NCBI GenBank assembly: GCA_002189035.1
Contig: CM007991.1
Span: 4,402,001 to 4,466,000 of the forward strand
Origin: Utricularia gibba
Lineage: Eukaryota > Plantae > Magnoliophyta
Reading direction: 5' to 3'
Length of the DNA stretch: 64,000 bases
A program made the translations under genes and the position numbers. How positions within the stretch are numbered: position 1 is the stretch's first letter; each line of letters begins with the position of its first letter. Below the pieces are notes generated by a model. That model was not told the origin of the DNA and did no database searches. It saw only the letters and a program-made list of their open reading frames with translations. Positions 25,273 through 39,470 of this stretch are shown here, piece by piece.

Positions 25273-25865
25273 TAGAGATGTTATCATGAACGAACAACTC
25301 GTGTTCGAATTGTGTTCAATTCGATTAAGATCGTTTATGTTCGTTTGAATAGTATAAATAAACGAACACAAACAAAATTCATGTTCGATTACTTTATTGA
25401 ACGAATACAAACAAGTCCAATGTTCGATTATGTTCGATTATGTTCGATTATGTTCGATTATGTTTGATTATAATATATAATATCATATTATAATTATGTA
25501 TTTTTATATAAAATATATCATATTAATCAATATATAAATACTATAATTATTCTATAATATATATAATATTAAAAATTATTTTTTATATTAGTATTTAAAT
25601 TATTCATGATTTTCGATCATTTTTCATAATTAAAATATATAAAATACTAATTTATTTTTAAAATATTATGTTTATATTTATGTTAAAATACTAATTTTTT
25701 TTTATTTTTATGTTAAAATATTAATATATTATATTTATTTATGAACATTCATGAACGATCGTAAACTTTAAATAAACGAACATGAACAATTTTGTTGTTT
25801 GATAAAATTAAACAAATGAACACAAACATAAGTGTTCGTATTCATTCGTTCGATATAACATTGAA
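25273..25865. mobile_element. hAT-type MITE-like element with GTTCG/CGAAC subterminal arrays
   Basis: Starts TAGAGATGTTATCATGAACGAAC; five tandem TGTTCGATTA units at 25421-25470 (last with one mismatch); AT-rich core; right TIR and TSD degenerate. Confidence 0.5.
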
Positions 25866-26156
25866 GGCTTCAATGCAATATTCAAAACGCAAATCAATGA
25901 ATTTCATATAGGAAACTTGTCACAATAAAATACAGGTGCAATCAAAGCCTAACCTATGCATCAGAGCTCCAACTTACTTGAGTATTGCTAGAAAAAAGTA
26001 GGCAGCACTATAGATACAACCAAGACAAGGGGATGAAATGGAGTAAGTGGGAGTGAGTGGGAAAAATAAAATAAAAAAGGATTTAATTTTTTTAGATGAG
26101 CAATATATTGATAATTTCATACATAAGTTTATCAAATAACCAAATTTTATACCCAT

Positions 26157-27608
26157 TGTTAGTGTATGTGTTCTAGAGACAATCAACTCATTGGCAAATT
26201 TTATCTTATGATATTTACTTTGAATTGTGATCAAATTTATATCATTGATAAAATCCTCTACTTGATCTATGTGCTATATAAATTATGATGAGATCATAAT
26301 GTGAGATTCTTCAAGCACTCATGATCAAGTCAAAACTCCCTGGCTAGAGTATTTGTGAAATGAGGATATCACAAATACGGATAAGCTGGCACACATTGAG
26401 TTCCCTAAACAATTTAGGCAATGGTTCTCACAATTGATGTAATGAGATTACTAGAACCTATGTGTGGGTGTCGATTAGAGAATCGATTCACTGGATGACT
26501 CATCTTCGAGATGCTACTATGGGAAGCTAACCAAGTGTCAGTAGCAAAATCTCGAATATGACAGCCGTGCAATTAAGCTTAGACTTGAGGTCAACAAAGT
26601 TATCTTCATCTTAACCTCACATTTTCGCTCATTACTAATGAGAGCCTAACCATGGCTTGCCTAGTATGGATGAGTAGGGATGTGACTCCTTAAGATTGGA
26701 GATAGTTGATTGATCAATAAAGGATTCATCACTTATGTTAGCGATGAGATCATATCTCAAGTAATTGCATCGAAGCCTAACAGTAAGTGCTGGGCCCAGG
26801 GTAATGACACTCGAATTGCTTGAGTAGGTCATTGAGTGTTAGTGCTTAAATGCAATTATAAGTTCGATACATCAGAAAGACACACACCCATGTTCTGGTA
26901 CCGAATGAGATATAAGTATGATGAAAGCTGTTCATTGCATAGTGGCTGGTCATGGAAATGCTCAATCAGTTCACTTGATTATTCTTTAATTTTAGGGATC
27001 ATGATATGTTGCTAGACATCAATCATGATCGATAATGATGGATTTGATTAATTAAGATTTAATTAATAAATCTATTATTACGGTCTTGATTGAAAAAGCC
27101 TATGGGGTCACATACAATAGTGGGGTCACTCATCGATATAAAATAGAATGACACAATTACATGAGATGTAATTGGTAAAGTGGATAAATTAAATAGAGAG
27201 TTATTTTGAGATTAATATTGATTAAACTCAAAATAAAAGATCTCATATAAATATGATTTGATATGTTACAAAATATCTATCGAAAAAGATTTAGATCTTG
27301 AGATCTGCCCTAAGGTCTTCATGCTCTCTGAGACTGATCCACGAGGAGACGTTTTTCTCTACTAGCACCTGAGAAATTCAACCAGCATTCAAGAGCCTTG
27401 AAAAGGTTATCGACGGAGTGCTCCACGTGTGGATACCATAGAGGCCGTCTGCTATTGGCGGTTGGTGAACAACGGAGTCATCTAAAAGGTATTTTGAACA
27501 TCCTTTCGTCTGATGTATACCGTATTCCAAAATCTGCATTTGGGGTTTCTCAAAATTTTTAAAATTCCGCTGTTTTTGATATATACGATGTCTACGAGAA
27601 ACCCAACA
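26157..27608 (+). mobile_element. Solo LTR, copia Angela/BARE-like
   Basis: TGTTAGTGTATGTGTTCTAGAGACAAT...CCCAACA termini (start resembles BARE-1 TGTTGG..GCCCTAGAGGCAAT), exact TSD CCCAT, inverted homolog at 61200-62698. Confidence 0.85.
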
Positions 27609-29654
27609 CCCATCTATCAAATGTGTTTTTTCTTAGACCCAAATAAATTATATTCACCAATCAAACATGAATTATTTTTTAAACACAGAAAATTTTTTTA
27701 GTTAAACCAAAATAAATTAAACTCAATTTAATGTGTTACACATCAACCAAAGTATGCATTACTTGGAAAGGACTATTGGTATAGAAGGAGTTTAGGAAGA
27801 AAGTGTCTAAGTATGAGGAGATGAGAGCAGCAAAGTAGAATCCAATACTAGAAGACTCTTGCCTACCAAGTCTTTGATTAGTGTGGAGACCACCACCAAT
27901 ACCTCCTAATAGAAGCAAAGCAAATGCCTAAATGACTCACCGATGTTATGGAAAAGGAAATTTGTTTTCTTATCATTCCTTTAAATTAAAGGTAAATACA
28001 TGCTTAAGAAGAACATAGATAAGAAAAAAAAAGAATTAATTGTCTTCCACACTCGATAAGAATAGGCCTGACAATCTTCTCATTCAGTAAGAAATACAGG
28101 AAGGGGACATGAAGCCTTGAATGCCTCTAAATACAAGTCAAACATTTTAAGGAAAATGAGATAGCATATCATTGTAAGATACACTCAAATGTATATCAAT
28201 ATAAGGAAAGTTGCAAAGAGTATAATAAAAGGAGATAGATATATAAGAGAGAAAAAAGAAAAAAAATGAAGATTAGCTATTGATAGAAGGAAGCACACTT
28301 GGGGATTTCGATGCGAACACATCCTTAGAAAGCGTTCCAGATCTTAGGAAGGAATATCAAGAAATCAATGCTAGACTTTTTAGAAGAATTCACACAAAAA
28401 ATAAGCAAAAGAAAAGTTGCGACATACATTGTGTCGCCTTGATGAACAGAGGACGAGCGATGGCCCATCTTCACACAAATAGGGCTCAATCTACTCATTG
28501 GAAGTCACATGCTAAGTGTACATGTTAGTGAGTCAGTGACAATATATATTTTTATTGGTATTTTAGTTCATGAAATTGGTGTGATTCATTATGAAATTTG
28601 ATTTTTTTTTTATGAATTTCAATGTCTTGCAATTTTATCAATATTGTTAATTTTATGCACTAAAATGAACTAAATCATTAATTTAATCCACTTAAGTTTT
28701 AATGACATTGTCTTAAAGTAACAGCTTTACTATGATCAACTCTCACAAGTCACCAAACGAAGGAAGTAAATCGCAGGGGTAAGAGCTTTCATGTGCACAC
28801 TTTATAATAATAGCTGCACAAATATGACATGTTAGGGGGGAAAAATTCGAAGAAAAGTAAGTAATGATTATGACTCTAAGATGGGAGGATATTTTTCATC
28901 AAACCTAAGGAAGGAATGGAGATAGATGACAGGATGAATTTTTTTTTAAAATAAAACATCACATAATAAACAAGAAAAATAAATAAAATAAAAAGAACTC
29001 GATCGAGGCACATAAACTTAGTTGAAAAGCTTAATTGTATTCATTACTTTCAACTAAGAGTAGTTTTGGAAAATCAAAACAAATTGTCGGACTTTTTTTA
29101 GCGTTTAATTGCTTTCAGAATATATTTACTTTCTATTCTTCGAAGTATGACTATGAAAATACTCTTATTAACTATGTTATCTTTGTGTTCATATCTTACA
29201 TGAGATGCTCAATTTGAGTCATGTGAAAATCTTCAAATTTTATAAATAAGGAAAAGAATGGTTGATAACCCTAAAACCTTCAAATTTCCTACATCAATGA
29301 AGGGAGGAGGTAATAACTCAATAATCTTCTTATGTTATGAATTAATTAAAGCATGAATGATGTGATGATCTTCCAACGTTAGAGTCAAATTAAACTGCAA
29401 GCAATGACCCAACAACCATCAATGGGTACAATCAAATAAAGGTATGGATAGCAACCTGACAACCTTCAAATTAAAACAATACATAAGGATAAGGTAATGA
29501 CTCGAAAACCCTCAAATTCACATTGAAAACATGGTGTTACCTAGCCCAAGAGGTTACGAACCTAAACAAAACTAAAATGTGAGATGACCTTTGAAATCAA
29601 GGGAATTTAGAAGTTACTTGCAGAGCCAATGTGACTAACTCAAAATAAGATAAG

Positions 29655-31071
29655 TGATAAACGGGAATTTTCCTAATATCGTTGTAAATAAAAATAGAAA
29701 ATTCGTATCAAATAAATTTATAGTCCCTAATCTACACAAAATACAAATTTGGAAAACTTGTATAGTGGATATCGGGGTCGATCACGAAGAGCTTGTGCTT
29801 GCTAAGTATTTGAGTAGATACAAGATTTCGGATAACAGTAGGTCTTAGTCTAAGCTCGTACTAACAGTGGTAAACAAGTTCAGTAAACAAGGTAGGTAAG
29901 CAATATCAGGTTTCTACGCTAGGGTAATAGGTACTGGTTTTGACTCAAACTAATATGAGAACGCCTTCAGGGTCTGCGGGTGGTGTTATACTAAGCTTCC
30001 TAACTCAATTTATTATCTTCCTACACTCACAACTTCAAATAACCTAAGTCTACCCAGGTCATTCATCATATTTTTGGCTTAAGCTAGTCCCCAATATCAT
30101 AACCCACATTGCAATTAGGTCTACCCGCATGCAAGGTATATAGAACTAGGTCTACCCGGTTCTACTAGTTCTACCCTGGACTAACACCGACTGCTCCCGT
30201 CTTGGTTTGTTGGTCTACCTCTAAACCAAGCATCTAAGTTGTGAAACTACTTGTTTCCCTCCTTAGGTCTACCCATGATTTGTTAGAAACAAGAGTTAAG
30301 GAATATACATAAATTTCATCATCAAACCTAAGCACACACCACACCCATTCACCTTAAGGCATCCCTAAGACTCTAGCCACTCATGCTTGGGAAATAAAAC
30401 ACGATTTCATTCATGTAAGTTGGCCAAAATGGCAGAAACATTGTAAATAAGTAAAACGCAGAAACTTGAAATGTTCAGAAAACAGAAAGTAAATAGGATT
30501 GTTCTCCTACTCGTTACCTACTGTTCACAGCCCGGAGCAGTAGAACTGGACTAGGCTCCGGTGCTGTTCTTGATGATGAAGGCCTCCCTTCCCCCCTCTG
30601 GTTGGTGTTTCTCCCGTTTGGGGAAGAAGACCCCTTGCATCCCCCTCGCTCTGTGTTCTTTTTGCTCCCCTCCTTTTTTCCGAATTAATTTCCTTTTCTT
30701 TTGCTTCACTCCATTGCACTGTTTCTGACTGCCGGTATTGTTTCTGACTGCCAGTACTACTCCTGGTCTGAACTTGCAGACTGCAGTGACAGCAGAACAA
30801 TGCTCTTTGTCCTTCTCCAGATTTTGCGCCCTTTTCTGCTTGTTTTACACGCTTGCAAGTCTGATTTTCGGCCCATCTCCCTGCTGAACTCACTGAAACA
30901 TCAGTAACAAGAGTTGTGGACTAAATCAAAGGATTTAGTCCACTTTTCACATAATCACATGAGATTAACATGAACACCACTAAAACATGAAAAACCGCAT
31001 TTATCTAACCTAAACCATAATAAAATATAACTATTTTGCATTATAAATTTCAGGAAAAATGTATGTCATCA
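29655..31071. mobile_element. Solo LTR, family A (same orientation as 5642-7095)
   Basis: TGATAAACGG...GTCATCA termini, exact TSD ATAAG (29650-29654 / 31072-31076). Confidence 0.9.
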
Positions 31072-31370
31072 ATAAGATAATAATTTGAAAATCTATTCTA
31101 ATTAATTAGGCACGCGGTGCTCGGCTCTACTCAAGGCTAGCGTTAGTTTTTCTTAGGGTATGAGCTTCTTTTGGATCGCCTCATGAAGTCAATAGTTTAC
31201 ATTACAAAGATCTATTCATAAAACATTATATTAGGAGTTGCATACTAATATGATAACATTTCCATTGAACATAAAATTTTCAAATGTCATATTTAGTGTG
31301 CAATAGTGATCTTATAGCACCCTCATTATACATACACTTTTTTCAATAATATAAGGTACAACTGAATGGC

Positions 31371-32535
31371 TGATAACACATATTTTTGAGTGGCTCAATG
31401 CATGGAATTTACTCATTTTGTGCTACAAAAATTAAGCGTAATTGCCTGTTTCTATATTTTTGCACATAAGTGCCGTGGGAGTGCACTTTTAGTCTTAGTT
31501 GGGACTAAATCCCAACCTTCTAATAGTTCCCTTCGAGCAATGCAGCATAGGTCGCAACACAAATCCCAAGGAGTCGAGTATGAACAGTGTGGTGGAAGAG
31601 AAGGTGACAGAAGTCTGAAAAAGAGTACACACAAAGTCCAAGGAGGTGAAACAGGGAGATTTTGGACAAAAAGGGAGGAAAGGTGGGGAGAGAAGGGAGA
31701 TCTCCCCTTGTAGACTCACGACAAGTTTCTGGAGATTTTTCTGAAGGAAGAAGAAGGAGGGGACGACGAACCAAAAGAACACAGCTTCTCTTGAGAAATT
31801 ATTTTCGTTCTTCATGTTTAATGTTCCTAGCTAAGACTAGATTTGGATTTCCTGTGTGAACGAAGTGTCTTTCCTACTTCTGCTTCATATTGCTCGATGT
31901 TGTTTAACATTTGTAGTCAGGATGTTGCTTAGGATATGATATGAAAATGTTTTACTTTTCATTGTGATGAGTAGCTAAGCACTTAGAGGGGGATGCCTTG
32001 GGGTGAAGAGGGAATAAACATGCTAATCTATCCTTAGACCTAATAAATCATAAGTCACACTACTTCCTTAGCAAACCAGGATAGATCCAGGAGGGGGAGG
32101 TAGTGAAACCCAACTAACAACCCTAATTAGAGGTAGACCAAAGAATAGGGGGAAAAACAAGAATCCGGGTAGATCTAGATCTTGTGAGTTAGTTGTATGA
32201 TTTTTTATTTATGTGAGATTGTTTAGTGATAGGCATACATCCCCTAGGAGTCCCAAGGCATCACCCATTTCATTCCAGAAACAACCGAACTCCAGAACTT
32301 ATTAATTTTCTTTACTGTAATTCGTTTTAATTCTGCCTTAATTCTAGCTAAGACCAATTTACCAACGTGACACTGATTTCATGCTTTGGCTAATCACTTG
32401 ACAAGCACCTACTCTTCATGTTCGACCCTAATCACTATGCTCATAATTGTTTTATGCTTGAATGTGGGTTAGGTTATAAATTTATTTAATAGGAAAATTT
32501 GTATTTAACGACATTACATAATTTTTCGTTTATCA
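31371..32535. mobile_element. Solo LTR, diverged family-A relative, opposite orientation to 29655-31071
   Basis: TGATAACAC...CGTTTATCA termini; the reverse complement begins TGATAAACGAAAAATT like family A; TSD ATGGC / ATGAC (1 mismatch). Confidence 0.7.
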
Positions 32536-34356
32536 ATGACACACGTGTTATTTGTACTTCTGCTTGATGGGATTCATATTCATCAAACTTACATGTGATC
32601 ATGGGTGTCAATGGATCAATTTACATGGATAATATCAATCCATCCAATTAGATATTTGGATTTTAGATGGATTTGGATTTAAAAAATTTAATCCAATAAA
32701 ATATGGATCGAATTTAGATTTATTCTACTAAATTCAATTGTTTCATATGATCTATTAATTTTTCAATTAAATATAAATATCATATAAATTATAATATTAT
32801 TTTATTTTATGAGGATACATCATGTTATTTAAGTATAGTATTAAAAAACGACAATGGTGGAATGGAAGTGAATGAGGGAGAGTTCTCTATCTTATTTTAT
32901 TATTAATAGAACAGAATTGATTATAATGTCGTATTTTTTGATAGTTCTACATATAGTTTCTCAAAAAATAATACTTTTAAATTCTATTTCTTCATTCCAA
33001 AATCTAGAATTTTCTACTTTTTACTTCCTCATTTAGTGTGTTTTTATGTTATTAGTTTTCCGTTTGTCTCCATCAAATTTCCTTAGAAGAAAAGTATTTA
33101 TATTTCGCTTTTCAAAAATAATTATGTATTGTTATTATTAAATATATATTATATTATATTCTATTATTTATTAAATAAAATACATGCTATGCTAAGCAAT
33201 TTGTTTTTTTGCAAATGAAGCATTCAACAAAATATAATACTTTTAAATATGTTAAAAAATAGGAAAAATATATGTTTAATATAAGCAAATTTTACTTTAC
33301 ACTTAATGAATTAATAATAAAGTTTTTATGTTCGAATTTATCATTTTAACATTTTATGGTATTTATTCAAATTTATATTCAAATTATCATTATTAGTTAA
33401 CATTCAATTTATTGTTCAATTTCTATATTTACAATGCTGCTTGAATTTTCAATGTAAATTCAACTTTAAATTCTGATTAGATTCAACTCAAGAATTCAAA
33501 TTAAAACTCTAAATTTTACTTCAATAAATTTTCATTTTTCATATTAAAGGCCAGACATTAAACCGATAGAATAATTACATATATAGACTTATTTTTCTAG
33601 CATTTTAGCATTATACTGGTAAGTTTAATAAATAGTGAAAAGAAATGTGTATAAAAAAATACATATTTAATAATACATAATATACAACCTTCTTAAAAAA
33701 AGGATAGTAGGAGGACCGGACAGTAGGTAGATTTGTAAATGACTCAGAGTTAGGGTCATCATTTAAAATGTGCCAAGTTTTATAGAATGAAAACTCCCTT
33801 TTTCCATTTTTGCAAGCAATCAAGCGATGGTGTTAGTGGGGATTGATGGGACAGAGCTGCTGCTGCTGCTTCGTTGGCGACCGTGGCGCCTCCTGTTCCA
33901 ACCACAGCAAATCCTGGTGGTTGGGAATGAAGGAATGAAGGAATGACTGACTTATGGGATCCCAGATTCTGTCCCTTGTCTTCATGTTCCATGGTTCTTT
34001 TCTTTTTCTGGGCAGTGCGGCCATTTCATCTCTCTTACCAACCGATTGAAAACAATAAGCAAGTTCGAGATAAAAGACACTAAACAAGAATGCATTCTTT
34101 TTTCATTAAGGGGAGTTCAAGCGATAGAATATTCATGAATCATCATCCTTCGTACCTTTCAGCCTTTGATGAAGTATTTACAGTATTGCTGAAGAGGAAT
34201 CGTGGCACACCGTCTGTGCAAGTGATTCGGGCACGTAAATAGTCCCACATCCTCACAAACTGCCGAATCTTCTTCATGTTCTGATTACAAAACGAAACTT
34301 CACACGGCCTCTGCATGTTCAGGAGAAACATGATCAGAAACAAAAGCTGGGGTAAT

Positions 34357-35586
34357 CTATGCCTCAAGGGCATCAGGGAAATTAAGAAACGGACGACTAT
34401 TAGGAATCTCACTTTCGGATTTCTCTGTGAAGCTATCAGCAGCAAGCCCCACCGGGGCAGGTACGGCTTGAGTTACAATAAGCTCCATACTCTTTTCAGC
34501 CATACCTTTAAAGAGCCACTTTGCAGTTTCTGCCGCCTTTTCTGCTCCATCAACACGTGTGGCAAAATCGTAGACAATTTTTTCCAATTCCGAAGAGGTG
34601 AATCTCTTTTTAGGAGGTGAGTTCCTTAGCAAATCCAACAGGGCACGAGCTCTACTTCGAGCAATAGGAGTGCCCTCTGCAGTGAGACACAGAAGACCAG
34701 GAATAGCGCCCTCTTTCAAAATCAGGTCCCGATATCTTTCACGGGAGCTTTGACACAAGGAGAGCAAAGCTCCAACTGCATGGGACATGCTAACTGACGA
34801 CCCGTCTTCTACAGTCTCCACTAAAGCGAAAATCCCTCCATCCGCATTTGAAATCGCACTTCTTCCTTCTTCAGAACTGGATAATATCTTAAGTAGGAAC
34901 GTAGCTTTCTCAGCGAACTTGGAATGCTTCTTGCAATCTTTTAAAAGATCAACTAGTGGAAGCACGGCTGCAGCGTCAATTAGACATTTAGGCACTTCTT
35001 CACCTACAGAGAGATTGTACAGAGCTGTTACAGCATCAACTCTTCCTTGCACACTTCCAGAGCACAGGACCTGAACTAGTAGATATACAGCACCAGAAGA
35101 AACTATAGATGCCTTGTTGGCCTCGTCAGAAGACAAGGACAAAACAGCAGCTGCGGCGAGTTCTCGAACATTTCCATCCTGATATTTGAGAAGATCTACG
35201 AGTGATGGAACTGCACCAGCTCTAACTGTCCGGATCTTGTTTCTCTGATGTCGAGCAGCAAGATTGAGCAGCGCCAAGAGAGCCGCTTCTCGAGCTGCTA
35301 TAGGAAATGAGCTGTGCAGCATGGATACAAGAGGCTCAATAACCCCGGCTGCAGCAAGGCGACACCGTATGGCAGTCTTTGAGTTGGGACTAGAAGACCT
35401 CCGTACCAGCCTCCTGATATCTTTAGCGGCCTCAATTTTAGCCACAACATCTCCACTCATGAGCCTTCTAGCAACATAATCCACCATCATGTTCCGACTA
35501 GACAGGGATGGTAGCGTGTCCTTAGAGTCCAACTTTTCTTCATCCTTTCGGAGAATCGCCTCAGCCTCTTCGTCCTCATCCTCCAT
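34357..35586 (-). CDS. Armadillo-repeat protein (PUB-like ARM-only, At4g12710-type), single exon, 409 aa
   Basis: Uninterrupted ORF from ATG 35586. Motifs LAAAGVIEPLVSML, ALLALLNLAARHQRNK, GSVQGRVDAVTALYNLS, CKKHSKFAEKAT, ETVEDGS..HAVGALLSLC, ILKEGAIPGLL. Confidence 0.9.
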   Translation of the reverse strand: MEDEDEEAEAILRKDEEKLDSKDTLPSLSSRNMMVDYVARRLMSGDVVAKIEAAKDIRRLVRRSSSPNSKTAIRCRLAAAGVIEPLVSMLHSSFPIAAREAALLALLNLAARHQRNKIRTVRAGAVPSLVDLLKYQDGNVRELAAAAVLSLSSDEANKASIVSSGAVYLLVQVLCSGSVQGRVDAVTALYNLSVGEEVPKCLIDAAAVLPLVDLLKDCKKHSKFAEKATFLLKILSSSEEGRSAISNADGGIFALVETVEDGSSVSMSHAVGALLSLCQSSRERYRDLILKEGAIPGLLCLTAEGTPIARSRARALLDLLRNSPPKKRFTSSELEKIVYDFATRVDGAEKAAETAKWLFKGMAEKSMELIVTQAVPAPVGLAADSFTEKSESEIPNSRPFLNFPDALEA

Positions 35587-36677
35587 TCTGCAAAAATTTC
35601 TTATGCACAATCCACTAGGCCTTTCCGTCTGCTAATTTGTCGAAAATTTCTGTTGAACCTTTCTGTTCCAATAAAAAATAACCCGCTAGGTTTCTCCAGA
35701 AAAGGCACTTGCGAGAAAGATGAATGGAAGTAAAAATGCAAACTGCGCTGACTTTTCTGTCTCGGAATTTGGATATGAACAGAAGGAAACGAGAAGCAGA
35801 GAAGTGGGTTTCGAATTTGCATAATAAAAAGGCCAAACCGAAAATCAATTTCAATCAAAAGAAATGTTGCATCATTTACTGAACCATCAAAAGCAGTAAC
35901 TCTGGCGGTTCACCCAAAAACAATGCACAAATTCATCTCCCTGAGGTATACGGGAGGTCCATCCACACACGGCGATGGATCTCTGCTTTTTTCATCAGGT
36001 AATCTTCAGTCAATCAATTAAAAACAGGCTCAGATAAGCATACGCCACAGACAACTTCGAAAGCATCGAAATTTTCCATTATAATACAAATATCGGCGCT
36101 TCTAATGAAGAAGAAAACTCACGCTACGCATGTCTTCACATTTGCTGACACGCAAAGCTGAAGAAGCCAGGCAATCCGACATCGACGAGGCTCCCGAAAT
36201 CATGTGGGAAAATCTTTCAGCCGCTAGGGCTCGCTTATCTGTAAAGAAAGAAACGTGATAGGAGAATATGATAATGATTATAAGAGGGCTAGGGCTTCTT
36301 ATTCTGTCGACACCACATGGGCCCTGAGCCCATCACTCGCCTTGTTATCAGTTAATTGGGCTGGAAGCCCAACATGCGTCCGCTTGTTACAAGTTGTTCA
36401 TCACAGAGACATTGCTTGGGAATCAAGTTCTTCCTCCCATGACAGTAAAGTTAGAGACACAGCCGTGTTGATTGAGACAAACCAAGTGAACTCAGTGTGT
36501 TAGGAACCTTAAACAAAGAGGAGAATTGCAGCCTTGCAATTGAAGATTCACTGTCACCCACATTTGTATCCTTATCTTTCAAGTAACCTTCTCCCCTAAC
36601 CCAACTTGGATTCCTTTAAAGCTCCGCATTGAAGAGAATTTATCTTGTTTCATGAGAAGAATAAAAAAAAAAAGGGA

Positions 36678-39133
36678 ATGATGGAGAGTTCAGCTTCAGC
36701 TTTATGGGAGACCACATGTGAATACTTGATGCAGGAGTTGCAGGTATGTGTACTGTGTTGAAATCCACCATTTTGCATACCCATTCTATGGTGCTGCTGT
36801 CAGATTATATGGGAAGAAGTTGGAGCACAGCAGAGCGAAAGGGAGAAGGTTCTCCATGAACTTGAGCAAGAATGCCTTCAAGTGTACAGAAAGAAAGTGG
36901 ATTCGGCAAACACTTTCAGGGCCCATCTGCATCAGCAGCTTGCACAGTCTGAGGCTGAGATGACTCAGCTACTCCTGGTTCTTGGCGAAAGATCGGTTCA
37001 AGTAACCTTTGAATCTCTTATCTTGTTGCCATTAAAAAAAAAAGAAAAAAATGGAGTGAATTAAGCTATTGGGGTGTGTGAATTTTCTTCATTCAGCCGA
37101 AAAAGAAGGCAGGGAACCTGCGAGATCAGTTGAATTCACTGGCAACGCCTCTTACCGAGATGCAAGCAAAAAAGGAGGGGAGACTGAAGGAGTTTCGCCT
37201 TGTGCTAGAGCAAATTCACAGAATTTCTAGCGAAATAGCAGGCGAGACAGTCTACAGTGTGTCCTCTAGAGCGCCTCCGGTGAATGAAAATGACCTGTCG
37301 AAAAAGAAACTGGAGGAACACCAAAGTGAGCTGCAAAGACTTCAGAAGGATAAGGTGCAATGGCTTTGTATCTGATGAGAGACATAATGTGAGAAACTAA
37401 TGGTTTTTTAAAATTTTTATAGAATGAAAGGCTTCATAGGGTGGATAAATACATACAGACAATAAAGGCTTCGTCAGACATTTTAGGGATGGATTCTTCA
37501 GTGATCATTACCAAAGTTCATCCGAGCTTCAATGAGCTGTCTGGACTCCCAAAGAATATCAGTGATGCAACTCTGGGAAAGCTTGATGATGCGGTGAAGT
37601 CCCTAATGTCTGAGAAGCATGCACGTCTTACGAAGGTATGTTCATACAAGTAAAATATGCACAGTGAATTCAAGTATGCAGTTCAGATTCAGAATATGGT
37701 ATGCCTTGATCTACTCAGCTTCAAGAATTGGGGAAACAACTGAATGATCTTTGGGATCTGATGGATACTCCCCAAGAAGACCGTGAAAGGTTTTTTCGTC
37801 TCAGCAGCTTACATTCAGTTGCCTCGGAAGATATACATTCTCCAAGGTCACTCTCAAATGAAATAATTCTAGAGGTTCGTCTATCTTCTCGTCGTAGAGT
37901 CTGGGAGCAATGACAAGTTGTACTAAACGCCTGTTTTTTTGAAGGCTGAAAAAGAAGTCAAGAGATTGGATCAGCTGAAAACCAGCAAGATGAAAAAAAT
38001 ATTCTTTAGAAAAAGAGCAGAGCTCGATAAGATATGCAGAAGATCACACATGGAGGTGCCATCCACACAAAAAATAGAGAAAATTATCAGCAACATAGAC
38101 GCTGGTAGGTAATACTTGAGTCAGTATCAGTTTTCATAAAGCATTCTGACTCACAGTGTTGTGCATGTAAAAGGCAAGACCAGTCATGCAGATATCCTAG
38201 CGATGGTCGATAAGCAGATACTTGCAGCACAAGAAGAAGCTAACAGCCGCAAACCAATCACAGAAAAGGTTGAAAAATGGATATTGACACGCGAAGAGGA
38301 GCTTTGGCTAGAGGAGTACAACAGGGTGAGATTTTGTCCTCGATCGTTCAATTAAATGGTTTTCCTCTTTGTGAAAAAACTGTGCTACTAAACTCACTAC
38401 TTTAGGATGAAAATCGATATTCCGTAAGCAGATGCGCTCACAGGAACCTTAGAAGGGCAGAACGTGCTAGAATTATGGTTAGCAAAATACCAGGTTCAAC
38501 CTTCCCTATTGTTATTGTTCCTTAATACAGTCATCTCAAACAAGAAACGTGCGCTTTTCTTTGCATTAACCTGAATTCAATGATCAATCATAGCACTGGT
38601 GGATTCACTTATATCCAAGACAAGACATTGGGAAGAGGAACAAGAGAAAGTCTTCTTATTCAATGAGGTACCTAAACTCACATCTTCACTAGCACGTTAA
38701 AAATGAAACTATTTCAGACAGAGAAAACTTCTCATAGGTTCCCCTGCTAGCAATGCTTGAAGAGTATAAAACAGTAAGAAAGGAAAAGGACGACGAAAGA
38801 CAAAGACAGAGGGTACTCATCTTCACTATATCATATATTCTCTTTTCAGAATCTATCATCTCATTGAAGTCAGATTCATAAATCCTTAATGATCAGGAGC
38901 AGAAAAAAATACTGGGTAAACTCATTGCTTACCAGAAAGGCCCCTTTGGAACAAGGCCAGGCACCAGCATCCGGCGTGTCCCAAGCAGCATACCCCGCCT
39001 AAACGGCAAGCTGTACCCTGGGGGTGCACAGCTTGTTAATGAAAGGTCGAGAACTGGGAAAGACATTGTTGATCAGCTAAGAGAAGACACATTTTCAGTC
39101 TTCTCTTCATTTTCAGGGCCCCTTTCACCATAG
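36678..39133 (+). CDS. MAP65-8: 65-kDa microtubule-associated protein (MAP65/Ase1/PRC1), MAP65-8-like, 11 exons, 558 aa
   Basis: Exons 36678-36743, 36804-37001, 37097-37354, 37423-37635, 37719-37874, 37945-38104, 38174-38325, 38406-38493, 38594-38667, 38738-38812, 38897-39133, phase-consistent. Motifs [39 protein letters not shown]; the C-terminus SFSGPLSP is as recalled for MAP65-8. Confidence 0.85.
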
Positions 39134-39470
39134 AGAGAGTTGAGATATACAAATGACTAAAAATTTATAATTTCTCATAAGTCGTCATAAATAATAGGCA
39201 TCAACAGATAATCTGAGATGTCCCACTGCATATAGTCTAAAGGCAATATGTTGAAGTTGCTGTATCTGTGTACCAGATAATTTTGAATATTTTTTCGAGT
39301 CAAATCCCATTCCTTGAAGTTGAATGTAAGGAACCGAAAAAGCAAATACGAAAGGAAAGGCCAGAAGTTGCTTCCAGAAATGACATTAATCGAATTTTAC
39401 GCCCTCTGAAAGGGAAATATCTTCTCATACTTGCCCACAGCTCATAAACTTGACAAAAAAAAAAAAAAAA

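Noticed and set aside
25421-25470. 10-bp repeat x5 as a CRISPR or iteron array
   Set aside because: Spacerless and part of the GTTCG subterminal array of a MITE-like element.
33780-34090. GC-rich ORFs downstream of the ARM gene as an extra exon or small peptide
   Set aside because: The ARM CDS already ends at 34357; no family motif or supported splice path.
38930-38950. Possible frameshift in the last MAP65 exon
   Set aside because: Recounting shows CAG AAA GGC CCC TTT is in frame through TAG at 39131-39133.
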